Of a DNA stretch of 64,000 nucleotides, positions 1 through 13,688 are shown piece after piece (position 1 is the first letter of the stretch; every line of letters begins with the position of its first letter). Source of the stretch: Antedon mediterranea. Its lineage: Eukaryota; Animalia; Echinodermata. The notes under the pieces are model-generated. The model saw only the letters and a program-made list of their open reading frames with translations. It was not told the origin of the DNA and ran no database searches. A program made the translations under genes and the position numbers. The DNA is taken from positions 10,101,812 through 10,165,811 of the forward strand of contig NC_092675.1 of assembly GCF_964355755.1 (NCBI RefSeq), in the 5' to 3' direction.

Positions 1-1401
1 TCAAAGGGCTTATGCCCTCAATTTGATGTTGTTATATTTCCTTGGTCTATGTATGTAAACCTAATCTTTATATTAGATACGAAACAATTGAAAATATATG
101 TCGACATATATCATTCACTGAGATCAATATGTGTTCCATATGACTATCATATTGATTGACACAGATATTTCGATATGAGATTTTGTAAATAATCCCCTCT
201 TTGCTTCCATTTTTTGTGAATACATGTAAACCTGTCCAGACTGTGACATGTGTTATAATTGTTGAACTGTTTGTCTGCAATCAGTTATTAGCAAACAATT
301 GGGTTAGATTTTTTAATAAAGTCATTTAATATGACTGATGTCGGTACATCATGTTTAAACCTTCACTGATCACGTATAAAAGATTTCAACTGTTAACAAT
401 AGAGGGAGGATTTTCTGTCAATATCTTTCGATCCACTCGAGACTGAGACGCTCCAAAGCGTTTCCATCGATAAAAATCAAATTCTAGAACAAAATTTGGA
501 ACACAGTCAAAACGAAACCACTAGTAATCGTACTAAATGATACTAGTTTGTTTGGAATACTCAACGTTTTTATATCGATGGTATCACAGTAGTAATATTA
601 TAGCTTGATACGAAGTTAACTGTGTTTAACTTAATTTAAATCTCATTCAACAAGTATTTGAGTGATAATAACAGAAAACAACGACACTCTAATCAATGTG
701 ATTCCGGATATGAAAGTGATGCTCTGTATTATAGTATGGATAATTGTCGACAATGAAATGGGGTTATGTTTGATAGTCAAGGATAATTATGATATTAGCA
801 AAGGTTATTTGTCCGTAACCTAAAACTGTCATGGATATGACTTGCTAACGTACATCAAAGAGAGGAGTTTGATTATGAAATAAGAATTGTTTGAGCTGTG
901 ATTGGTAATTCGAACACAATGAATAGACTCAACTAAAGCAATTAAATGATGATTAAAATTACAGATTAATGCAAACATTGATCTTTTTAAACTTAGTGCA
1001 ACGCATCTAAAGGACGATGTAAATACACTGATAATACCTTTGATAACAATAAAGGGCGCCGCCAGCGTAGTAACTACAATGATTAACAGTATATATATTC
1101 ATTATAAATGTTTTCCTTCAACTGATCTCTTTTCTTTTCAAATCTTATTTATTTATACCTTTCGTATTAACCAAAATTATATGCACCTAGAAAATGCAAA
1201 TTGAAGAAATTCCATACGTCAAAAAATGAGAAGTATGGAGAAAGAAAACGCAAGAAATACATATATAATTACATAAAAAAGATTCAAAGTAAGTTATTAA
1301 TAAGTTTTGGTTAATTGTATGGAAATTTCATTCCTGATGTCAAAAATAGTGAATTCCAGCACGATTGCGTATATTACTTTGTTTGGAGTTTGTATATGAT
1401 A

Positions 1402-1880
1402 ACTATAATACAGTACTACAGTATGTAGATCAGTATTGAATACTGACTTTTTTGTATATTAGTCCTATAACTATACTACTGTATGTAGATCAGTATTGAA
1501 TACTGACTTTTTTGTATATTAGTCCTATAACTATACTACTGTATGTAGATCAGTATCGAATACTGACTTTTTTGTATATTAGTCCTATAACTATACTACT
1601 GTATGTAGATCAGTATCGAATACTGACTTTTTTGTATATTAGTCCTATAACTATACTACTGTATGTAGATCATTATTGAATACTGACTTTTTTGTATATT
1701 AGTCCTATAACTATACTACTGTATGTAGATCAGTATCGAATACTGACTTTTTTGTATATTAGTCCTATAACTATACTACTGTATGTAGATCATTATTGAA
1801 TACTGACTTTTTTGTATATTAGTCCTATAACTATACTACAGTATGTAGATCAGTATCGAATACTGACTTTTCGATATATT
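1402..1880. repeat. 60-bp minisatellite, ~8 near-identical copies
   Basis: Consecutive 60-nt lines 1441-1860 are nearly identical (TACTGACTTTTTTGTATATTAGTCCTATAACTATACTACTGTATGTAGATCAGTATYGAA). The junction carries the palindrome TCAGTATT-G-AATACTGA. Confidence 0.97.
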
Positions 1881-2544
1881 TATTTTATAAGGTAAACCAT
1901 TTTCATTATAGTTGCTAGTAACATATGTCAAGAAATCTCTTTTGAGTTGACTCTCTTGGATTTTGTACGCTGACTTTTGTCTGTGTATACTTATATATTC
2001 CAATTAGTGACAACAATAACTTAAAACATCGCAATTACACGGATCGCGGCACCTTTTATGCAACTGAAACTATGGCATCCGTCGCCGAGAAACGCTCAAT
2101 AACTACTGACTTATCACATTTCTTCATTTCCCCAAAAACGTTTTATAGAATAGAAATCTGATAGCAACTTGTGGAAATTATTCAAAAGACGGGAATAAGC
2201 AACAGATCGGATTTATGAAAGCAGGTCTGATTAGATTGCAGAAGAAACGTTTTAATATGATTACAGATTATTGCTTTTGCGATTAATAACTTATGATTGG
2301 TTATATTACGCGTTTTGTTAAGTAATCGAAGATAAAATTGAGTTATATTAATGAATTCATTTTAGATATTGCGGTATCAAAATGTTGCTGTTATTATCAG
2401 CATCACTATATCGTCATGTAATTATGATCTCAGACTATGTAATTAAACCACCCAACCTAGACTATTTCTGTCCATTAACAAATTTCGTTCTTGCCAATAT
2501 TTTCTGCAGAGTAGGCCTAATGTTAGTAAAATACAAGACAACGG

Positions 2545-2800
2545 ACAGTAACATTAGCTTGGTGGTTAACGTGCTTGCCTTCCAATATCAAGGTCCAGGG
2601 TTCAATCCTGATCTAGTGCCAGGGTTGTTGACTCTATTGAAAATATTGACAAGAACGAAATTCGTTAATGAACACACAAAAAAACTGTCAATTCCACTCC
2701 CTAAACCTGAAATGAGTTTATAAGCACGATAAAATAGTTTATCCATCCTGTAATTGACGAGTTGCTCGCTGTTGGATATAAAATAATAATAAAATAAAAT
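2545..2800 (+). mobile_element. tRNA-derived SINE (tRNA-Gly-like head), degenerate
   Basis: Pol III A-box-like TAGCTTGGTGG (2555-2565), TGCCTTCCAA resembling the tRNA-Gly(TCC) anticodon arm, B-box GGTTCAATCC (2599-2608), A-rich tail at ~2781-2799. Confidence 0.55.
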
Positions 2801-5800
2801 GTATACACGTACGTTTAAAACTCAGGCTGTTTGATTTACTTTACATTTTTAAACCCGATAAACTAATTACGGAAAAGAGAAAATATAGAATTAAAAATAA
2901 CGAATACAGTTACCAGTTACCAAGTAAGTAAGTACAGCATAGATCCCTATAAAATTATAAATATGTATTCAAATAATGTTATTAACATGCAGAAGCATAC
3001 AGTGCAGAGAGCCAAGGAGAATTTAGAGGTGAAACACGTTAATTTGTTTGACTCCTCAAAAGATATAATAAAGAAATTTTAGTCCAATTGGGAAATAATC
3101 CTAATATTTTTTAAACATTCCCAGAGATCCTATTGTATTGTGATTTAAAAATGATAATCCAAGATTTTCCCGGGCTTAGCGAATAAAGCAGATCGCTTAC
3201 AACAAAAAGTGTTCACAAGTCACTAGACTTACAAAGATACTACAAAGAATCTTTATTTTCCTATTCCCCTCCAGTTATTCTCAGCTCTATTACACTATTG
3301 TTGTGTTGATACTTAGTTGCAAACTACACACCATACGTAATATATTTGTTACAATCAACACAATGTATTATATGAAGTTGTTATTTTGTTCACCAGTTCT
3401 TAATGAGAACTTGTGTCCAATTGGTTATCCTATTATTCGCGTTTAACGCGCACAAACGCATGCATATTGGGTTACATAGAAAAGTTGTATACTTCTCTAT
3501 ACAACATTATTACAACTGTGCGGCAACACGCGGCAACGAGTTACAATTACAGAATTTAACTCGTTTACATCGCGTGTACCAATCATGTATCGTTTACACA
3601 GCCACACGTCTGGGTAAACCTTTCCGATAGGTCACTTATCGCGTATCATAATTTCATCAAATGAAATCAAAATTACCATTACAGAAAATATCTCCGTACA
3701 TTTACAAATACAGTAGATGATAAACATGAAAATCGCCAAAAGTGTGATGCCTTTCTTTTATGTGTTACAAAAAAAACTTTGAAAGCTAGTTTATTAGTTT
3801 TAAATAGTGTAATGGCAAATCGCGACTTCTGGCTTAGTTTGAAGCATATGGAGAGTATAAATGTAACAGGACTAGCCCAATTTTGTTCCATTTATGGGTA
3901 TATCATTCTTTAACGCAGACATTGATTTGGTAAGTGATACTTATGAACTATGAATTGTTTACTTGTTGACTTTGGATAGTTCCCACATTATTAGGTTGAT
4001 CTGAGTATTTTCCACACAATTCGAACGGGTGCAGGTGTTTCCAATCACATCTAAATTTCACACTTTTGTTTCCTTTCTAAAACATATTTTTACTAAATGA
4101 CCTTGATATTACGAATGCTATAAATTCACTTTACATTTCATTTGTAGGTCATCTATTCGTATTAGAGAATGGTTAACCTATCCAATGTGATACAGTTAGT
4201 AGGACCTGTTAAAGGCTTTTTTTTGCTTGAAAAAATAATTGTTTTTGTTGAATATGCCATTTTAATGAAAAAAATAATTAATACAGTTTCATTTCCATTA
4301 GGTTTTTTGCAGCAACAACGAATATTGCATTAGAACGGTTTCTTATTCATTATTATATTCATGAGAAAGTTGGAAAATCGATATCGTCAAAGCAGTTTAA
4401 TCTTTTCTATTTAACTGTCAACTAAATTCTTTTAGATTTCCCTTCTTAATTACAGACGCTGCCTATTATTTCTTGAAACGCTACATTTATTCAGATATAG
4501 TTTCGATTTCAGAAAGTGTTTCTCTTTACCAAATCGAATATAAGCATGGCTTAAAAGAGTTCTCACAATGGCCAAACGTAACTGCTTAATTTTAGATTGT
4601 TGATTCATCTCAACAAATCGCTCTTTACGCTCCGATGAACGGCATTTTAGACTGAGTATCTATAACAAAACACAACTCAGTTAGTATTAGAACAATATCA
4701 TAATCGATATAATTAAATGCAATTTCTCCAATTTCATAACCGCCATCGGCTGTTCTTTTCAATGTGATTGTTCAGATACTAAATAGATCCTCTATCAACG
4801 CTGATAGCACCCGAGAGGAGAGCCTTTGCTCATTAAGTAGCTCGGGAAAGTTTAGGTGGTGGTTTTCTAGGCCACATGTTGCTCTGATATTTAAGGTAGA
4901 ATCGATTGGCCCATTTCATAAGATTGTCACAGAGATCTTGTTGCGACTACGGCGCCAATAGAAATAATGCTTAGTGAATATCACCAGATGTAGGATTTCC
5001 TAGTTAAAAAAATGATCGACTTACCTTGGAACTCCACTGTTATCTCAATCCATTGCTTTTTATTGTTCAAATATACAATACAAAGGCACTTGGTTATTGA
5101 ATTTCAATTCAAATATGATTTTCAAATACTGCCAGTTTATGATACAATTGTGATGATTTCAAAATTGTAACATGAAGTACTTTCAGACCTGCAAAGGCCA
5201 CCCACCTACTTATAGGCCTAAAGGTAAAAAACACCATCATTGTAAACGATTCCAAAAAAACGTTAAAAAATGTAAAATTTCCATTCGTAAAATTTAGACA
5301 TATGTTTTAAATATTAAACTTTCTTTGCACATAAGCGCAACTTAACAAGGTACATTGAATTTGTACGGTTGCTAAAACAAGAAAAAAAAGAAATATAAGT
5401 TTTGATAATGGAATGAATACTAATTTAAAATGTCTTGTGGTTGTCCCATATCATTTCTTTCATTTAATTAAATTGTTTATCACCACTTTTTTCATTACAA
5501 ATGTTACTGGATATGTTTAAGGTTACTTGGACAAAATAGAAAAAATAAATAAAATTCATTCCTCATTAATAATGTTGAGTCTTCAACAAATCATAAAAAG
5601 GCTCATTAGCCAGAAGACTTACAACAATTATTATTTTTATATAACGATCTCATATTCTATCGCAGTTGCGTCCGATTTAGCCATTTAATTTAATTCAAAA
5701 GCACATATTGGCCAGGCTTTTGTACGTATATTGATTATATCGAGAGAAAATATGTATCCGACACTATTTGTCCGAATATTATTTATAATAGATGGTTAAG

Positions 5801-6386
5801 CGTTTTCGCATCTCGCTTATTGACGAGATTGTAACATAATCCGAATTCTATTTATCCACTAATGGTCACATGTCTTTAACCAGAAGACCTTCGTGTCAGA
5901 AAAGGTAACAGAAGTAGAGGATAATATCGTTGATGTACATTAAATATCCCAGGCTTTCATTGTTTAAATTATGTATTTCTTATGGTTTATACTCTTAAGT
6001 AGAAATCGATCGTCATAGTTTGCAACATACGGTAATGTATGGGTTGTTTCAGCGATCGAAATTCTCAAAACGTGCTTATGAATTATAGTAATGAAAGTGT
6101 CGAACTTCTGTTATACCTGGACTTGTACAAAAATAGGGTTGGTACGGACTGTTGAACAGTCATGCGATGGTGTTTTAGCATGACTATGGAAAACAGTACA
6201 CAAAAAAGTACATAATACCAAATACTTCGTGCCTCGTAATTTCAAAATTAAAATGTAGCACATACTATCACGCATTTAAATTTGTTTTCTTTTTATTAGT
6301 TAACTTGGTGTTCAGAATGCAATATAATAATAATCATAATAGGCCCTAATTGTATAGCTCATAATAATAAATAAGTTGCGCATTCA

Positions 6387-6917
6387 AGATGTATTGTCCC
6401 CCAAAAACATGAAGATTTATAAAAAAAAAAAGACTTTTAATATGCCATTTTGTAGTGTGAATAATGTTATTAATAATTTCCGTATAAAAAATAAAAACAA
6501 TAATGTATTCACTTATAAAATAAACGATTCAATTTTAACAACCCCATTGACTTCCTTGAGTTAAAAATTGAATGGAAGTGAGTAGCTATTATTGTTAAAT
6601 ATGTATTGTCCCCCAAAACAAGAAAAATGAAGATTATTTAAATCAGACTTTAAATAGATTTTTTTGTAGTTTTAATAAAGTTCACAATGTTTTCACTTTG
6701 CATATTAATTGTTAAATCCATTGGCTGGCAGCCAATTTGACCCTTTTTGCTTTAAATTACAGTCTTTTCAAGTAAATAAATTGTTTGTTTTGTCAAAGTG
6801 GAACTATTTTGTGACATTAAAATTGCATATTCAACAACAACAAAATATTTTTCAGGGGGAAAAATAAATCTGTAATGGCATATTCCACAAAACAGTTTTA
6901 AGGGGGACAATATATCT
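6387..6917. mobile_element. TTAA-family (Kolobok-like) MITE, composite or degenerate copy
   Basis: Ends AGATGTATTGTCCCCC ... GGGGGACAATATATCT, with a second left-end copy at ~6600. Same family as 41493-42036, 57001-57254 and 58071-58209. Confidence 0.7.
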
Positions 6918-7967
6918 TTATTTAAGTCATTATAAAGTAAAGTTTCAAAACCCCGAATAGATTCGTTCCTGGGCTTACACGGAGTAACTCTAAATGTTTT
7001 AGAACATTCATGTTAGGCCTAACCATGCTCTTCCACTACATACCACAATTAGAAAATCTCTATTGCACTCAATAAAAGATTTCTGTAACTTGTCTATAAT
7101 GCGCAAATGCTTAAGGAACCCGACCTAAATAAAATAAACGTTATCGACCGTGAACAAACATATGTTGTAAACTTTATCAATTTGTACATTGTGGTGTTGA
7201 GTAAATGTGTATTTGTCTATAATGTTTCAATTGCTGTTGCAGTTTTTCTTTATAATTGTAACATAATACGAACTAAAGCAACATTTTCAAATTGTTATTT
7301 TAGATTAACTATTATTATAAAAATCACCAAAAAAAAAATATATTATAATAATTTTAGCTTTTAAGATGTTCTCTTTCTATGAATGAATATATACTCAACT
7401 CTGTCCTGCATATTCTTAATATCAACCGAAAAAAATAATTCAGTGGAAAACTGATTAAATGAAAACAAATAATATGTTTAATTATATTTCGTTGTCTATA
7501 ACCCAAACATATTGATACCTTTTTTTATGATAGAATTATTATAAGCATCCATAGCTTTTGAAACCAAATTGACAATATGACCTAAAGAAATATATTCGAA
7601 ATGAAATTACAACAGTTAGGCTGTTTAGAATTCACGACATGTACACAGTAGCTGATGGTGGATATAGAATGATTAGTAGTTTAGCGTATGACCAGCTGTG
7701 TTTGTTACATACTGAAAACAAGGCTATTTGTGTATGCCACTAATACTAGACGTTTTTAATTAATTGACTGGAAAATAATAGTGTCCCAACTATACCTACA
7801 GTTTCCGTGGATGTGAGCTATTCAAATATGTTAAAAACTGATGAGAAATCAAGCTACTGTAAAACATAGAGGTCTAATCACTATTCCACAATGCTTTGTT
7901 TCAAAGTAGGTCCTATCAATAGCAACTTGACATTTTTTTTGTCGTTTTTATCGACTAATATACTTAA

Positions 7968-9074
7968 AGATGTATTGTCCCCCTGAAAAATACTTTTTAA
8001 CCATTTTTAGTCGCGTGGAAGCGACTCTATAGTTCACTATGTCGGTCGGTTGGTCGGTCTGTCTGTCTGTCGGTCTGTCGGTCTGTCTGTCGGTCTGTCT
8101 GTCTGTCTGTCGGTCCAGTATCACTATGCGTTTTATCGCTTTCTGACCTTATCTTGATATCAGTTTAATCTAGCTAAGTCATTTTTCACAGTATATTTCT
8201 TATGGCCAGGAATCGATGTGGTTATGTTTTCAGGGTGCGCACGATTTAACGAAATCACGTTTGTAATCATATCTTCACAACCATGAATCACAATTAAATA
8301 AAATTTGGTACTCATAAATTTCAGGGCATAAATCATCATATGGCAATACAATTACGTGCGTAGCGCATGTAACGCATGCGTACGCGTGCTTAAAATTTTC
8401 AAAATTTATTTTCGATGAAATAAGAGTACATTTCAGGCAATTTTAAGCGTTTACAAAATTGTCATGAGTGCGCATATTTTTGCGTGCGCAATGCGCGTTA
8501 AATGTTATTTCGAACTCTTTTTGCCCGATTTCTGTTTTCTTGACTTACTTTTCAACTCGAAATTACGTTATACGAGCACGTCAAAAGTGACAGGCTACGC
8601 ACGTGTAAATTAAAAAAATATAAATGTTTTTAAACATTTCAACATTTTTAAACATGTTCAGTAATTTCGGTCAGTATAGTTCACTATGTCGGTCGGTCGG
8701 TCTGTCTGTCGGTCTGTCGGTCTGTCGGTCTGTCTGTCGGTCCGGTATCACTATGCATTGTAGCACGCGACTTAATGGCTGTTGGCCTTTTTTAATATGC
8801 CATTCAATGTAACATAATAGTTATCTACTATAACCAAAAACTGGATCGAAAAAAAAAAAACTGTACTTTAAAGCAAAAAATTGTCAAATTGGCTGCCAGC
8901 CAATGGGTTTTTGGTTGAATTTAACCATTTATTTTGTCATTTTATAAGTGAAAACATAATTGTTTTGGGGTTTTTTTCTACGGAAGTGATTTAATTTATT
9001 ACAACTATAAATAACATATTCAATTCTGATTTAAATAATCTTCATTTTTCATGTTTTTTGGGAACAATACATCT
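7968..9074. mobile_element. TTAA-family MITE interrupted by a Helentron-like element
   Basis: TTAA|AGATGTATTGTCCCC at 7964-7983 and GGGAACAATACATCT at 9060-9074. Internal sequence matches the 6387 copy in reverse orientation. Confidence 0.7.
8004..8790 (+). mobile_element. Non-autonomous Helentron/DINE-1-like (HINE) element
   Basis: T-rich ends, 5' sub-TIR TAGTCGCGTG with partial inverted copy (GCGACT), 3' CACGCGACTTA, two (GTCY)n microsatellite blocks, short 3' hairpin. Homologous copies at 43623 and 51007. Confidence 0.8.
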
Positions 9075-11789
9075 TGAACGATATAGATGTCTCCTTAAAA
9101 AAGTTTTAGTTGAATATGACATTTTAATAACAGTTATTCAGTTTGAATATAAATCAATGTGATCAGAAAAAAAAATATTTACCCGCAAACACTGTAATTT
9201 AAAGCAAAAAAAATTCAAATTGACTGGAAGTCAATGGGTTTTTTGTTGTCTTTTTATAAGTTTAATATTTCTTTCTACGTAATGAAAACTTGATTAAAAC
9301 CACGCAATTTATTATTCTTCATTTTTCATGTTTTTTTTCATACATCTCTAACTATAGGCCTAATGTCTACTTTACAAAAAACAGTTTATGGAATATATGA
9401 TATGAATAATAAATGTGGTCGATTTTACACAGTTGTTATAGTGATTTACTCCATGATAGATTATCTTTCCAGTTCTGAGCAACGCTACGCAATATCACTT
9501 TGATTTCGATGTATATTTTAATGTTATGTTGAGGCTATTTTTTATATATTTAGCCATGTCAACTTTCAGATTAACGCGTATTATTCTAATATCAGAAAGG
9601 TTAAAAGTCTTTAGTAACGGTAAAAACTTAATATCTTTTAGTCGCTCGCTGTATTCTTTATTGTGATACTGTGGGTTTTCAAGTCTTTTTCTGATTCAGA
9701 TTATTCGTTTTTCTTCTATATTTACCAAATAGTAAGACAAGATGACCACTGCGATCACATTACAAGTATATTACAATCTAAGCGTTTAGCAAAGACTGAT
9801 TAAGCTCTTTCACAACAAAGATACTTCCTAATTTCTGTCTATCATTAACGATTGAACAGTAAAGTTCACGACATTAGGCACGTTACTCAATCGTCAAATG
9901 TTCTCGTTCAAATATAACTATGGTAGCTGGTGTAAACTGGGCTTCTTGATTGACACCACCATAGAATCTCAGCATTTAATAGACTTTGTATATCGATTAT
10001 CAAACAAAAGAAGAATAGTTGCAGGAGGGAAAAAAGCTCATCGCAAACAGATACATATTATAACTGAGTTTGGAATCTGACGGTTATTTAAAGTTAAGCT
10101 GTTAGCTTTCAATTGTGTCAATCGTATAGTGTTTTAATGTAGGATTTAAATATAGGACGAACGATGACGGATGCATAAATCGCTCCGGGGAGCGCAATTG
10201 GATAAACATGAGTGAATACCTATTTTCATTCCAAGAACGTTTGTAGAAATTGAAGATAAGTTATTAGTGGTAAAAGGATGACAGAACCCACAAAAGACAA
10301 AAAACAATGTATCATGGTTGAACTATCATATTACCGGATCGAATAAAATTACTAATTTAGTTTTGTTTAAACCTGGTGAAAATTTAGGACAACATGTTAA
10401 ATTCTTGAATGAAGTTTCAAAAAATTAGAGAAAAACCATTAATAAAACAAATAAAAAATATATTAACGTATCAGTATTTTAACATGGCCTATTAACAGTA
10501 TTTTAATACTGGCCTAAGCGTTTTTGCAATTTGTTGTATTTTTGTTTGTAGTTTTATTGTCTTAATTATGCTAAGCAAAATCAATTTCGATTTTAAGTGG
10601 ACCAATACAATTTCATGAATCTTGAATCCTGGTTACAGAATATATCTTCCAAATTATTATTTGGGAATGTTTTAAATATTAGATGAGATGAGATGAGAAC
10701 ATTTGTTTAGAAAATTTAGCTAACCTTAAACAGTTCACTCCATTTTATCTAAGCCTGAAAGGCGTATAAGATATAAAATTATAGCATAGGCCTAAATGTT
10801 AATAAATTTTAATTCAAAGAGTATTTTAACTGCTTCACAAAATAAGAATATTAAGATAACTCGTTAATTGCAGTATATTTAATCATTATGACATTTTTTT
10901 TCGGAAATAAACTCTATTATAGAATTCAACTACATTATTTCTTCATTACTGTTTTAAATGACTACTGTAGGCATAGATAAAGTAAAACACGTCTTTCTTT
11001 TGCAGTTTGAAATTATTTAATAAACGACAAAACTAATCCTATTTTAAAATCCTCTATCATCACATTAATTTGATTATCCTTACGTATTTCAATTATCTCA
11101 CAATTATTAATAGTCACGATTATAAGTGAAATCGAGATGTGAAATTATTGATGAAACTTAATTCATAATTTAATAGACCACAACTGTTTGATTGTCTCAA
11201 TTCAAATTAGTAATGGAGATACAACAAAGCAAAATTAAGGTGTTCTGTTTTTAACAAACCAATAAACTTAAATGGTAGTATAATCTGGTTGATTCGTTTG
11301 TTAAAAGGAATTTCTAAATTCATTTACTTCCGCAAACAAGATGATCATTTACAACCAACAAAGCAAAACGTTCAACCATACCATTTTAAAAATGTTAAGA
11401 TTGTATTTTTCAAATTATTTATTTTATCAATATATCGGCTTTTAGGAGTAACAAATGAAGTGAATCAATGTTAGTAATGTACACCATAAGTTCAAACAAT
11501 GTAACAATCTACTTGTTATAATTATGTATTTATTACTGGTAGGACTACACGACTAGATCTCATGTAGGTAACACTTACTTAAGAAAACATTGACATTAAC
11601 ATCAATTTTTACACATTTTTCTTTTTACAAATGTGGTATATAGCCTATGGGTACCACGAATAATTACGAGTATATGAACAAGAAGCCAACCCGACAACGT
11701 TGTTCGACATTGTTACGACTATACGAGTATTAGATATGGATATTGCTTCACAATATAATAATTATAACAATCAGATAAGAAACATTAAA

Positions 11790-12270
11790 ATCTATATTCA
11801 TTCGTAGTAATCAAAATTATGTCTTGTTTTCTATGCAATTTAACGGTATGGTTCGGTAGCGCTACCGAAAATGAAAAGCGTGACCTAAATAGAATAGTCA
11901 AGACCGCATCGCGTATAATTGGATCTACACAACTGCCTTTGGAGAACATATTTTCGGATCGTCTTCTGAAAAAGGCAGTGGCTATCAAAGATGATCAATT
12001 TCATCCGGCCTCTAGTATGTTCCAGTTGATGCGCAGCGGTCGGCGATTTCGTTCTATTAAGGCCAATAAGGCACGATTTACAAATAGTTTCTTTCCAGGA
12101 TCTATTAGAGCCTTAAATATGATGTAGACTTTTTTTTGTAATGCTTTTGTTTTTGAGTTCGTGTTGTGTCCGTTGGATATTGTGCTCCGCCAACAGAGCA
12201 AACAGAATTTCTATGTTTTTCCTAAAACAAATGATAATAAATGATACTTGACTTGACTTGACTTGACTTA
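11790..12270 (+). mobile_element. 5'-truncated LINE 3' end (Rex1/Babar, CR1 group; C-terminal domain of the RT ORF)
   Basis: ORF 11819-12127 LTVWFGSATENEKRDLNRIVKTASRIIG...HP...FQLMRSGRRFRSIKANKARFTNSFFPGSIRALN matches the Rex1-type ORF2 C-terminus. AATAAA followed by an (ACTTG)n tail at ~12236-12270. Confidence 0.85.
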
Positions 12271-12320
12271 AACAAAGTTTACTGAGAAATGAATACCACA
12301 GATTATAGTTTTTGTAGATG

Positions 12321-13688
12321 TTACTGTTTTGCATAACTTTTAGTATTCATAGATGGTACAAATGCCCTGCTTCTCATTCCAACTTCATTAATGGTAGATT
12401 TTGGAACTTTACTTTCAGATATGAAAGGGATGGACATGTGCCGTGGACCAAGCGCGAGGAAAGGATGAAACTGAGGGGCTAGATAGCTCGGTAACATGGA
12501 TCCTTCTGGTAAGCCAATCAGAGGACTTGGTGAACCAAGCAAGTGTGGTCTGGCTAGAAACTGATGAGATGAAGGAACGGGTGGATACATACTTCTAAGG
12601 CGATGTTGAAAGTGAAAGTTTTCGTTCATCATAAAACCGTTGAGTATGGTTTGTGATGGAGATACTGAAAAAGGAAAAAGATATGATAAAATCTAAAACA
12701 TAATATATCAACACTTCCCTGCTATTTTGTAAAATATTTATTTGTAAAAGAATGATTGCTGAAATACCTGAATACTGACGCATATTAGATTCGTTCAACA
12801 ATGCATTGTCAGGTTCCTTAACATCAGGTGATGTAATGACGCCGTCATTTTGATTGTCTGCTCTGTTTCCACCAATTTCTTCTCCAGAACCCCTTTCTTC
12901 ATTATGCTCAATTACAGCATTGCTCTTGGATTGGTCTTCATCCGCGATTTCATACTTTGAAGCTGTTGAGGTTACTGGCATTGATTGCAAGTTTTCACTA
13001 GGAGCAGGAGATAGTACAGAGTCTTCTTCCTGCGTTGTAGATATTCTGCTGCCTACTGCATAGTGTTCTTTGTTTCGTTCTTGTTTCCTAAACTTAGCAC
13101 GTCGATTTTTGAACCAGACCTATCAAACACGAGTAATGTAATAAATGTCATAATAGTTTTTAATAAACAACACAATTGTTCAAAAATTCCTTTAAATTAC
13201 ATTGGAAGGTTTGGAACGATTTTTATATTACATTGTTATGTAGGCCTATGCTAACCTGTATTCTTGCCTCTGGTAGATTAGTGCAGATGGCTAGCCTCTC
13301 CCTCATCACTACATCCGGGTAGTGTGTTTTAGTAAAGGTTTTCTCAAGCGCGGCTAACTGTTGGTTGGTAAACGCCGTCCGACTGCGGCGCTGCTTACGG
13401 TTTGTTCCATATCGTGCCTCAAGTATTATATCTAAACACAATTAAAATAAAACAAATTGGTGTATTTTTCTTCTTGACTACATGCTATCATTATTAATAA
13501 ACACAAGTTCTACGTTTCGAAATAGATAAAACAAATTGCCAATTGTTCTCGCAATGTTTACCTGCTAACCGCTCTGCCAGTGTTGAAGGAGGATGCCTAT
13601 AACCTAATGGGTACCTTGGCATTCCATGGCTAGGCATATTGTACATGACGGCGTTTGTGCTGTATGGGTGAAACTGGTGAGGATGCAT
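12321..13688 (-). CDS. DMBX1: Diencephalon/mesencephalon homeobox (Dmbx) paired-class K50 homeodomain transcription factor, ~332 aa, 4 coding exons
   Basis: Exons 13688-13562, 13431-13256, 13119-12768 and 12664-12321 join in frame via GT-AG introns. The protein contains [78 protein letters not shown], diagnostic of Dmbx. An AG acceptor just before the ATG suggests an upstream exon. Confidence 0.93.

Noticed and set aside
1402-1880. CRISPR-like array (palindromic repeats at a regular period)
   Set aside because: The intervening sequences are identical rather than unique spacers, there are no cas genes, and the context is eukaryotic.
2545-2620. Functional tRNA gene
   Set aside because: A- and B-boxes are present but the cloverleaf stems do not pair well, and it continues into a body and A-rich tail like a SINE.
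8624-8812. ORFs with SVGL/SVCR or RQTD repeats (also 51608-51793)
   Set aside because: Translations of the (GTCY)n microsatellite inside the Helentron-like element.
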